Source of the DNA: Candidatus Parcubacteria bacterium
GTDB taxonomy: Bacteria > Patescibacteriota > Patescibacteriia > Patescibacteriales > UBA12075
Direction: 5' to 3'
DNA: 64,000 nt
Assembly (NCBI GenBank): GCA_963814275.1
Contig: CAWFCE010000002.1
Location: 554,537 to 618,536 of the forward strand
The notes beneath the pieces were generated by a model, which made no database searches, was not told where the DNA came from, and saw only the letters and a program-made list of their open reading frames with translations. A program made the position numbers and the translations under genes. This document shows positions 27,014 through 35,757 of the stretch, piece by piece; within the stretch, counting starts at the first letter, position 1; every line of letters starts with the position of its first letter.

Positions 27014-27048
27014 ATTCGTGTATTCGTGATGCGATTTGTGAATTCGTA
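27014..27048. repeat. ATTYGTR motif cluster
   Basis: ATTCGTG (27014), ATTCGTG (27022), ATTTGTG (27034) and ATTCGTA (27042), upstream of the giant gene start at 27075. Spacing is 8/12/8 nt, so the period is not strict. Confidence 0.6.
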
Positions 27049-27074
27049 ATCCGCTTTATATTAAATTAAAATAC

Positions 27075-30000
27075 ATGTTCAAAAGCGATCCCCAAGCTCA
27101 TAAATCCAAAAGTCGATCTAAGTTTTTTATAACTGTTAAATTAGTTTTGCAATTATTTATAGCGGTTTTTTTTATTATATTATTTACGCATAACAGCTAT
27201 GTATCGGCCGATGAGATGGGCGGTTTAAGTGGTTATGAAGATTTAGCGTCAACCATGAACAGTATACAAGTTTTTGATTCTACCCTTAAATCAACGGTTC
27301 AGGGCATCGATATCAATAGAAGAATAGAAGAGGCAAAAAAGGCGGCCGAACAGCTTTCCGGATCGAGATTATTCCAGGCCACCCTGGGTCGGGCGTTAAA
27401 TACAATCGCTTATGATACTGCCACCTGGCTGGGGTCGGGCGGCGAGGGTCAGAAACCGCTTTTCATCACCGAAGGCTGGGGCGAGTATTTGTCCAATGTG
27501 GCGGATAATGCCGCCGGCGGCTTTATCGACGAAGTGAATAAGAATTGGGAAAACTTCGATATTTGCGAACCGGATCTTGCGACCAAGATAGTTATCAGCA
27601 GAGGATTGATCAGCCAGGCTAAGCCGGAAAAGCCGTCTTGTACGTTTACGGAAATGAAAAAGAATTGGGAAGAAGAGCTCAAAAATCCGAATTTCCTGTT
27701 CCGTTTCCAGGATATGTTCAATCCGCAATCGAATGATCTGGGAGTAGCCCTGACACTTCAGACCAAATTGCTGGAAGAAAAGGAAAAAGAACAGAATCAG
27801 GCCGAATTGCAGTTAAGCAGTAAAGGCGAATGGATCGACTTGCGCAATGTGGCCGGCTATCTGGAGGGAACCCCTGACTGGGCCAGACTGCAATCCGAAG
27901 ATATACTTAAGGGCAGTGTCGAGAATATCGGCCAGTGGACCGGTTCGATCCTGATCGATGCCGCCAACATTTTCCTCAACCAGCTGGCGATCACCGCGAT
28001 CGATACCCTGATGAGAAATCTGGCCGGGGGCAAATCCTATTCTTCTTCCGGAGGCAATTCCGGCGTTTACAATTATGAAGCCGGTCCGGTGACCGGCGGG
28101 ATCGAGGGCGCCAAGGACAGCTACCGCAAACTGATCGAGCCGCGTTTCAATGAACGGGGTGATTACAATATATTGACCGAACTCTCAGTCTGTCCCAACC
28201 CGACCAAGGCCGGTCCGACCAATTGCGTCCTGACCGACCGATTCCGCCAGGCGGTCGAAAACAAGCTGACCGTGGCTGAAGCGATAAGCGGCGGCTATCT
28301 CAACGCGAACGGAATCTTCGGCTTCACGGCCGACGGGCTGGAACCGCCCTACACGGAAGGCTATCCGTATCGGACGATCTTGATATTGAGAAAATTCCGC
28401 ATCGTGCCGGTGGGCTGGGAGGCAGCCGCCCAGGCAATCAAAGACGGCAAGACGGGAATCGACCGCGGCGCCGTAAGTCTCGGCGACCTCATGGCTTGTT
28501 TCGATCCCGGAGATGAATATACCGGTAATTCCGAGGGCTGGTGCGTCGGCTTGGTCGACCCCAACTGGGTCCTGAAGGCGCCGCAGAATTACTGCAAGCG
28601 CGAGGGGCCGGGCCCGGTCGTAGTCAGTGAACAGGTTATCGGCCAGGGCGAGGGCAGCCAGCTGGCGGTCAGCCGGAATACCAATTATTGCGCCGATGAA
28701 CAGTCCTGCATCCAGGAAAACCGCGACGGTTCCTGCAAGCTTTACGGCTATTGTTCCGAAGAACGGCGCACCTGGAATTTCGGCGATAATTATTGCGAAC
28801 CATTGTATAATACCTGCCAGACTTTCCGCGGGCCGGAGGGACAGTCCGTTTCTTATCTGGAGAATACGCTCGATTACGGAATATGCTCGCTGGACAACGC
28901 CGGGTGCGCGGGGTATTGCCGCGATTATAATGCCGCCACTGCCGACTTCTCCTGCTCTACGACTACCGGGCGGATGCTGGTTGCCGACCATGATATCGAA
29001 GAATGCGATAGCGATGTCGAAGGCTGCCACGAGTTCATCAGGACCAAAGCGGGATTGGGCGCGAATTTGCTTAAAAACGCCAGCTTCGAAAATATCGCCT
29101 TGACCGATACGATCGACGACGGCATTACCGATACTTTTGACGTATGGGGACCGTCCGGGCTGGCAGTCAGCGGCGGTTTCCAGAGCTCGGTCGGCCTGCA
29201 GCTGGCGGGCGGTTTATCCACTACTACCCGGGTCGGGCCGAACGGTTTTTCTCTGGCCGGGCAGATATTGACTTTGTCGCTGATGGCCAAGGATTGCAGC
29301 GAAGGCGACGATATCCGGCTGGGTAACGGCTCTGGTATTTCCAGCACCACAATAACGGCGGGTGACAGCTGGCGATCCTACCAGGTGTCCCATGATTTTC
29401 CGCCCAGTACCGCCGACAACCAGGTCAATATTGCGGTTACGGTCAGCGGCAGCTGCACGATAGACGCGATCAAGCTGGAATTCGGCGGGCAAGCGACGGC
29501 GTGGAGCGATTATCGGGAAGAGGGACTGGTCTATGAAAAACTGGCGCCGGCCTATCTGGGCTGCACCGGTAACAGCACCAGCCCCGAATGCCAGCCATTC
29601 GTGAGGGAATGCGGCCCGAATTGGTTCGGCTGCCAGCTGTTCACCTCCGGTACCGACGGGCTGTCGGTACCCGCCCAGGTGACGAATATGGATTATTGCC
29701 CCGAACAATGCGTCGGTTATGATACTTATATAATGAGCGACAGTAATTTCGATTCCCAGTCTTCGGCTAATTTCATTCCTGCTACTGCCCGCGGGTGCAG
29801 CGCCCAAACGGCCGGTTGCGATGAGTTCACCAATCTGGACAAGATCGGCGAAGGAGCGGAGGCGCGGGAATACTACAGCGACCTTAAGCAATGCACCGAC
29901 CCGAAAGCCCCCCTTGCCGGTACGACCTGCGAGGAGTTCTACACCTGGGAAGGCAGCGCCGAAACCGGCTATCAGCTGCGGGTTTTCCAGCTGGCCGCGA

Positions 30001-33000
30001 TTGCGGAAGGCAGCGGCTTTCGGCCATATGTCGTGACTAGCGGCACCTATGATGGCTTGGAATGCAATGCCTCCACCTATGACCTGGAAAATAATCCGAT
30101 GTGCCGGGAATTCTACGATAAGCGCGGTAACCAGCGTTACGCATTTTACCCTTATATCGTTACCTGCAGTTCGGACTGCCATCCTTACCGCCGCACCGAA
30201 AAAAATATCCTGCCGACGATTAGCGAGGCAGTCAGTCTTTGCCAGGCGGATTGCGGCGGCATCGCCGGCTGTTTAAGCACTTGCGTCAGCGCCAACTGCT
30301 CGTCCGACAGTAATGTCCGTACCTGCGACCTGGGCGACGATCGGGGAGCGGTTTATTGCAAGAACGGCGGATTGTGGCGCAGCGACCATCAGGCCTGTCT
30401 CTATATGGCGATCCCGAACGAGGGCGTCAAATGCAGCGCCGGACAGGCCGGCTGCCGCGAGTATTCCGGCAATACCGGCAATAATACGCGCATCGTTACC
30501 AAGGATAATTTCGAAGGCAGCTTGCAGGAGTGGCAGGGCGACGGCGGCACTACGCTCAGTCTCAGCAATAATGCCTTGATGGTCGGCGGCAATTCCCTTT
30601 ACGCAAGCGGCGGCACCCATAATGCTTATAAGACGGTCGGTACTCTGGTCCGGCCAAACCATACTTATGTAGTTACTTTCCTCGCCCAGGTAGAGGACGC
30701 CGGAGGCCAAATATCGGTTAGTCTCGGAGGCGTGCCATTCGGTTCGGTTTCCTTCACTACGGATGATACCTGGGAGATAAAAGAATTAAATCTGAATAAA
30801 TTCGATATCGAAGTGACCGATGACACCCGGCTTACTATTACCGGTACCGGTAATTTTTTCATTGATGACGTGAAATTGACCGAAGTCGTAGACCGTTATT
30901 TCCTGGTCAAAAATTCCTGGCAGACGCCGGATGTCTGCTACGAGGATGTTTTCGGCAATTACCAGGGCACCCTATTCAATCTGGGATGTGATATTTATAC
31001 CGACCGCGAGAGCAGTATCCATTATCTCCATTCTTTCAACCGACTTTGCCCCGAACCGGTGGTCGGCTGCGAATTGATGATCGATACCCAGAATTCGAGC
31101 GATTACCACATGTCCGGTAAGAACGGCGGTGAAGATGGCGACTGCAGTGCTGACGGGAGGGATTGCATCACTGTGCCGGCCGATAGCTACCGTTTCGTGG
31201 TCTATGATCCGGATAAATTGTGTAATTCGACCGATAAAGGCTGCGAACTGTTGGGCCGGCAGGAAGTATACGACAATCAATATGTTTTCCATAATCCGGT
31301 ATATCTGAAGAACGATCCGGATAAATATTCATCCATTCTTTGCCAGGACGAAGCGATCGGCTGCGAAGCCTGGAAAACGGGCGACTATACGGCTTATTTC
31401 AAGGATCCCGGCGACCAGACCTGTGAATGGCGCCAGGCGCAGGCAACCAGCACTCCCGCTTATGGCTGGTTCAAGAAGTCGGTCAAGCGCTGCGATGAGG
31501 ATATAAACGAGACTGACCCCGGGTATAATGTCATCGAGACCAACAATGCCGACCTATACCACCGCGTACCGCTGGAAGCGCAAGTCTGCCAGAGTAACAG
31601 CGACTGCCTGAGCAACCGCTGCATTCTCGACCGGAACGATTATCTTTGCGCGGACGATAATCCGCCCAAGACCATCGGCTACGGCAGTACCGGCCAGCGC
31701 ATATATCAGCCGATGTCGACTACTAATGATTATTGGGCCGGTCTCTGCCCGGCAAACCAGGCCGGCTGCACCGAATATATCGATCCGGTTTCCCGCTTCA
31801 TGCCCAATTTGCTTTTTAATCCTACTTTGGGCGATTTGGACGAGGATGGCAGCTTCGGCGATGATTGGGAAAATCCCAATTCCGCCCCTTCCCGGGAATT
31901 CGACGTCAAGCCGAATACCCTGTACCGCTTCGGCGGGCGCTTGAATAGCGTGACCGCATCCCTGGAATGCGGCAACAGCCTATATGAGCTGAACAGCGAA
32001 AACGAGCTGGTCGGTTTGGGTGTCGATACGGTAACGATCGACCTAAATCCTTTCACCACGGTAAGCCGGCTTATTTACAGCGGTTGGAACGACAAATGCC
32101 GCATCACGCTTAACCATCCCGCTCTCGCGCTATTCCTTGACCAAGTAGGTGTCGTCGAATTCCGTCCGGCGGCGGTGGACTATCAATTGCGCCAGGATAT
32201 CGACCGCAGCAGCTGTAACGGTACGGTAAATAACGAGGCCGGCTGCGTGCTATTCAATGAACGCGTCCGCCTTGACAATGACGGCTATCAGTCATTCGTC
32301 TGGGATGCCGACCTGACTTATGACGACGGTTCCGGGGTTTCCCCCAGCCGGGGCAGCGATGACGCGAACGATTCGAATGCCCTGATTTCCGTCCGGCCTG
32401 ACCGTGATTGCAGCGAATGGCTGGCTTGCCGCAGCTATATCAAGGACCAGGACGGGAACAACGTCTGTTTCGATCTGGCTGCCTGCAATAGCGTTGACGA
32501 TAACGGGTTATGTGATAATTATGTCTCCAAGCCGGTTGTCAACCAGACTTTGACACCCGTAAACAGCGGTACTTATCAGAATATGACCGGCTATTCCATG
32601 GTCGGCTATAACGGAAATTCGTTTAAGGCGGACTATCTGCCCCTGGGCGCCATGTCGCAGTACGGGGAAGCGGGAATCGTCCAGAACGGCAGTTTCGAAC
32701 TGGTTACGGCTACGGGCTATCCCCTGGGCTGGAAAGCCGAAGACTCAAGCGGCGTTTGGAACAAATCGATGTTTGTGGCCGTAGACAATCCGGCCGCGAT
32801 ACGGGAGGAATGCATCAGCCCGGATTGCGGTTACCGGGCGCCTGACGGCAAGAGCTTCCTCAAACTGGGCACAGAGTTCAGCGCCGTATCCGAATATATT
32901 GATATTTTCGGGGGTGAAACATACTCCATTACCGCTTATATGAATACCCTGGGCCTCAACAAGGCCAGTGCCACGCTATCTATACAGCAGTTCAATAACA

Positions 33001-35150
33001 CCGGCGATTTGATAATAGAAAATTTGATTTTCGAGCAGCAGCCGGGCAACGGGTGGCAGATGCATTTCGGTTCGATCACCGTGAATTCTTCCGCCATCCG
33101 CCTGCGGATAAAGCTCTCCGCTTCTTCGGCCGCCGCCTTGGGTAATTTCTACTACGATGACATTACGCTCAAGCCGTCTCTGCAGGTCCGGACCGATTGG
33201 CGCGTGCCCCAAAGCTGCCGCCTGTATCCTGATGCCAGTTCTTTGAGCTGCGACTATTATGATTCTTCGGGGATAAGGCACCGCGGCTGGTACGGCTATT
33301 GTCTGGAGTATGACCGCTATCCCGGGCAAAACGACGCCTGTATCATGTGGTGGCCGGTGGATAAGGTCAAGGGCGAGGGAATCGATGAAGGAGCCGGCTA
33401 CAGCGGACGCACGCCCCTTTATTATACGATCGGCACCCAGACGCTGAGTGAGCGTTCCAACCCGCCCCTGAACTACAACTTTTCAACCACCAATGATTTT
33501 GCCCATATATTCGTGCCGGCCAGTGATTTCAAATTCCAGAATAAACTGATCGAGAGCGTGCTCCAGTCCAATGCCGGCGCCTTGACCAGCCTTGAAATCC
33601 ATGCCACCTGCCGCAGCGGCAGCTTTACGGCCGACGCGAGCAATGATTACGCCGCCGGCTGCCATGGCACGCGCTGCAGTAATACCTCGGATAGTTTCGA
33701 ATATCTGTGGAATAACTGGTTCAGCCGCGACAATTGCGAAGATGGTGGTGATTCTGCCAACACTAGCCGTGTAGCCGGGATAAAAGCGGTATTTGAAGAC
33801 GTGGGCGGTTATGAGGTGTTTAAGGGAGTGGATGTTTACGTTTGCCATTCGGACCAAAACGAAGACGATGGATTGGTGCCACTTACCGGGCTTTATGTCG
33901 ATGCTTCTTTCGTCTATGCCAGCCGTATTGTCCAGACTGTCACTCCGGCCGGGCAGAACAAGTATTGGAGCGCCCGGGTCAATGAGGGCAGTAATTTCCA
34001 GTCGCCCTGCCAGGGTTATTCAAGCGCTGCCGGTTTAGTAAATTTTGATTGCGACTATACCTCGGACGCGACGCCGTTCGGTTCGATCGTACCGCCGCTG
34101 CCGGTGGAAAATCCGGAAGACTGGGACGGCATGAAATTTCCGGGCAAACAGCCGCTTTTCTATATGCCGGCCGAAAGCAATCTGGCGCGAATGGGCCAAA
34201 TCCACACCCAGGCCAATGTTCAGCGCTTGTTCGCCCAAAGCTACGGCGTATGGGAATGGGGGGTCAGTCCGGTCGGTGAATGCAACGGCGGGACCAACGA
34301 TCAGGCTAATTGCCTGGCACAAGACTGTCCGGGCGGTTCCTGCGTAGCAAACGGACCGACAGTCTGCACCAATTCCGCCAATAATGGTGATCCGTGCGAG
34401 GTATCAATCTGTGGAGCCGGTATATGCATGGATACTGCCACATCTTCACCTGAAGATGCAATGCGCTGCAATGGAACAGGAGAGCTTTGTTGTGGTTCTA
34501 CTGGTCCAAGCTTAATTCCGGTTTGCGCCAACCAGGGTATCTGCAGCGGCGGTACGGCAGCCGGCGCGGTCTGTAATGTCGCCAATAATGACTGTCCGGG
34601 GGGAGTATGCGGTTATGACGGCGTAGAGAGCTATGTCGCCACCAGTACGGACTGGGTGCCGCCGCAAAATCTCTGTACCGACCCTTCCCGTTCGAGCGGC
34701 AACGATCTATGCGGCAATCCGCCGGAGGTCAGGAATATCCAGGTCAACGGCCAGTCTGGCCATACGCTGGTATCGAGCGGCGATTATGTCCCCCTAACCT
34801 TTAATTCATTGGTTGATCCGCAACAGGAGCCGCTGGTCGCCTATACGGTTGAATGGGGCGATGACAGCGTGACGACGGTGAGCGGCGTGGAAATGCGCGG
34901 CCGCCCCCTGACCGGTCCGCCCCATACCCTTTACCATATCTATAGTTACTGGGAGCTTAAGGCGAGCGGCGTAGCGGATTGTTATGATGCCGGGGAATGT
35001 CCGGATTCGAGTATGGCTTGCTGTACAATCGTACCAAGCGTCAAGATCAAAGATAACTGGGGATGGTGCAACAACGGCAGCGACGGTATCCCTTGCCCGG
35101 CGAATACGTACGTTGATTATCCGGGGCTGGTAGTGGTGACGGAACGATGA
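27075..35150 (+). CDS. Giant (2691 aa) secreted/anchored Cys-rich surface protein with several jelly-roll (CBM4_9-like) segments and a PKD-like C-terminal region
   Basis: Single uninterrupted ORF with an N-terminal signal anchor FFITVKLVLQLFIAVFFIILF. Cys pairs occur throughout. Segments start NASFENI, DNFEGSLQEW, NGSFELV and end ...FFIDDVKL / FYYDDITL, as in carbohydrate-binding jelly rolls. C-terminal AYTVEWGDDS...PPHTLYHIY is PKD-like. Confidence 0.9.
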   Translation: MFKSDPQAHKSKSRSKFFITVKLVLQLFIAVFFIILFTHNSYVSADEMGGLSGYEDLASTMNSIQVFDSTLKSTVQGIDINRRIEEAKKAAEQLSGSRLFQATLGRALNTIAYDTATWLGSGGEGQKPLFITEGWGEYLSNVADNAAGGFIDEVNKNWENFDICEPDLATKIVISRGLISQAKPEKPSCTFTEMKKNWEEELKNPNFLFRFQDMFNPQSNDLGVALTLQTKLLEEKEKEQNQAELQLSSKGEWIDLRNVAGYLEGTPDWARLQSEDILKGSVENIGQWTGSILIDAANIFLNQLAITAIDTLMRNLAGGKSYSSSGGNSGVYNYEAGPVTGGIEGAKDSYRKLIEPRFNERGDYNILTELSVCPNPTKAGPTNCVLTDRFRQAVENKLTVAEAISGGYLNANGIFGFTADGLEPPYTEGYPYRTILILRKFRIVPVGWEAAAQAIKDGKTGIDRGAVSLGDLMACFDPGDEYTGNSEGWCVGLVDPNWVLKAPQNYCKREGPGPVVVSEQVIGQGEGSQLAVSRNTNYCADEQSCIQENRDGSCKLYGYCSEERRTWNFGDNYCEPLYNTCQTFRGPEGQSVSYLENTLDYGICSLDNAGCAGYCRDYNAATADFSCSTTTGRMLVADHDIEECDSDVEGCHEFIRTKAGLGANLLKNASFENIALTDTIDDGITDTFDVWGPSGLAVSGGFQSSVGLQLAGGLSTTTRVGPNGFSLAGQILTLSLMAKDCSEGDDIRLGNGSGISSTTITAGDSWRSYQVSHDFPPSTADNQVNIAVTVSGSCTIDAIKLEFGGQATAWSDYREEGLVYEKLAPAYLGCTGNSTSPECQPFVRECGPNWFGCQLFTSGTDGLSVPAQVTNMDYCPEQCVGYDTYIMSDSNFDSQSSANFIPATARGCSAQTAGCDEFTNLDKIGEGAEAREYYSDLKQCTDPKAPLAGTTCEEFYTWEGSAETGYQLRVFQLAAIAEGSGFRPYVVTSGTYDGLECNASTYDLENNPMCREFYDKRGNQRYAFYPYIVTCSSDCHPYRRTEKNILPTISEAVSLCQADCGGIAGCLSTCVSANCSSDSNVRTCDLGDDRGAVYCKNGGLWRSDHQACLYMAIPNEGVKCSAGQAGCREYSGNTGNNTRIVTKDNFEGSLQEWQGDGGTTLSLSNNALMVGGNSLYASGGTHNAYKTVGTLVRPNHTYVVTFLAQVEDAGGQISVSLGGVPFGSVSFTTDDTWEIKELNLNKFDIEVTDDTRLTITGTGNFFIDDVKLTEVVDRYFLVKNSWQTPDVCYEDVFGNYQGTLFNLGCDIYTDRESSIHYLHSFNRLCPEPVVGCELMIDTQNSSDYHMSGKNGGEDGDCSADGRDCITVPADSYRFVVYDPDKLCNSTDKGCELLGRQEVYDNQYVFHNPVYLKNDPDKYSSILCQDEAIGCEAWKTGDYTAYFKDPGDQTCEWRQAQATSTPAYGWFKKSVKRCDEDINETDPGYNVIETNNADLYHRVPLEAQVCQSNSDCLSNRCILDRNDYLCADDNPPKTIGYGSTGQRIYQPMSTTNDYWAGLCPANQAGCTEYIDPVSRFMPNLLFNPTLGDLDEDGSFGDDWENPNSAPSREFDVKPNTLYRFGGRLNSVTASLECGNSLYELNSENELVGLGVDTVTIDLNPFTTVSRLIYSGWNDKCRITLNHPALALFLDQVGVVEFRPAAVDYQLRQDIDRSSCNGTVNNEAGCVLFNERVRLDNDGYQSFVWDADLTYDDGSGVSPSRGSDDANDSNALISVRPDRDCSEWLACRSYIKDQDGNNVCFDLAACNSVDDNGLCDNYVSKPVVNQTLTPVNSGTYQNMTGYSMVGYNGNSFKADYLPLGAMSQYGEAGIVQNGSFELVTATGYPLGWKAEDSSGVWNKSMFVAVDNPAAIREECISPDCGYRAPDGKSFLKLGTEFSAVSEYIDIFGGETYSITAYMNTLGLNKASATLSIQQFNNTGDLIIENLIFEQQPGNGWQMHFGSITVNSSAIRLRIKLSASSAAALGNFYYDDITLKPSLQVRTDWRVPQSCRLYPDASSLSCDYYDSSGIRHRGWYGYCLEYDRYPGQNDACIMWWPVDKVKGEGIDEGAGYSGRTPLYYTIGTQTLSERSNPPLNYNFSTTNDFAHIFVPASDFKFQNKLIESVLQSNAGALTSLEIHATCRSGSFTADASNDYAAGCHGTRCSNTSDSFEYLWNNWFSRDNCEDGGDSANTSRVAGIKAVFEDVGGYEVFKGVDVYVCHSDQNEDDGLVPLTGLYVDASFVYASRIVQTVTPAGQNKYWSARVNEGSNFQSPCQGYSSAAGLVNFDCDYTSDATPFGSIVPPLPVENPEDWDGMKFPGKQPLFYMPAESNLARMGQIHTQANVQRLFAQSYGVWEWGVSPVGECNGGTNDQANCLAQDCPGGSCVANGPTVCTNSANNGDPCEVSICGAGICMDTATSSPEDAMRCNGTGELCCGSTGPSLIPVCANQGICSGGTAAGAVCNVANNDCPGGVCGYDGVESYVATSTDWVPPQNLCTDPSRSSGNDLCGNPPEVRNIQVNGQSGHTLVSSGDYVPLTFNSLVDPQQEPLVAYTVEWGDDSVTTVSGVEMRGRPLTGPPHTLYHIYSYWELKASGVADCYDAGECPDSSMACCTIVPSVKIKDNWGWCNNGSDGIPCPANTYVDYPGLVVVTER

Positions 35151-35152
35151 TG

Positions 35153-35180
35153 ATCGTAGATCATGGATCGTGGATCTGAG
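35153..35180. repeat. Heptamer-periodic tract
   Basis: ATCGTAG ATCATGG ATCGTGG ATCTGAG, directly after the giant-gene stop codon. Confidence 0.75.
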
Positions 35181-35244
35181 AGCGGATGCCAGAGGTAATA
35201 ATTTCATCGATAATATAATATAACCATAAAATAAAAAAATCTGT

Positions 35245-35742
35245 ATGGCCGGGGAAGTGAATAACAGTGAAGCCGGGGTGGACGATCCGCTGGATAATGA
35301 AGTCGAGCGGGAGCGGACGCTCAGGCGTGACCAGCAGGCTGATGCCGGAAAAAAGGCGGGCAAACCGGCCAAGCCCAAAACCGTTTCCGTGGCCGGCGCG
35401 AATGTCCGCCTGGATGGCGGAGTATTTTACGGCTTGTTGCTCCTGAGCGCGGTCAAGGATGCTTCTGATTTCTTTACACTGGGTACGGGCGGAACTTTCA
35501 TCAATATCGCGACCGTGATGGCTTACGCTATGATCATTATCAGCCAGCCGGTCGCCGCCCGCAGACTGATCTTCAAGCGCAATGTCGGTCCGGCGATATT
35601 GGAATTCATTCCTTTTGTAAGCGGCTTGCCGCTCTATACCATATCGATCATATATATGAAGATAAAAATGGACGCCCAGGCCAGTAGCAGCGCCTATGAT
35701 GAGGAATCGGCCGGGCAAGAGGACCTATCGGAGAAAGACTAA
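35245..35742 (+). CDS. Small polytopic membrane protein (acidic/basic N-tail, ~3 TM), unknown function
   Basis: 165 aa with hydrophobic segments VFYGLLLLSAV, FINIATVMAYAMIIISQ and ILEFIPFVSGLPLYTISIIYM. Sits between the giant gene and the VirB6-like gene. Confidence 0.75.
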   Translation: MAGEVNNSEAGVDDPLDNEVERERTLRRDQQADAGKKAGKPAKPKTVSVAGANVRLDGGVFYGLLLLSAVKDASDFFTLGTGGTFINIATVMAYAMIIISQPVAARRLIFKRNVGPAILEFIPFVSGLPLYTISIIYMKIKMDAQASSSAYDEESAGQEDLSEKD

Positions 35743-35757
35743 TTAAAAGCACAAAAC

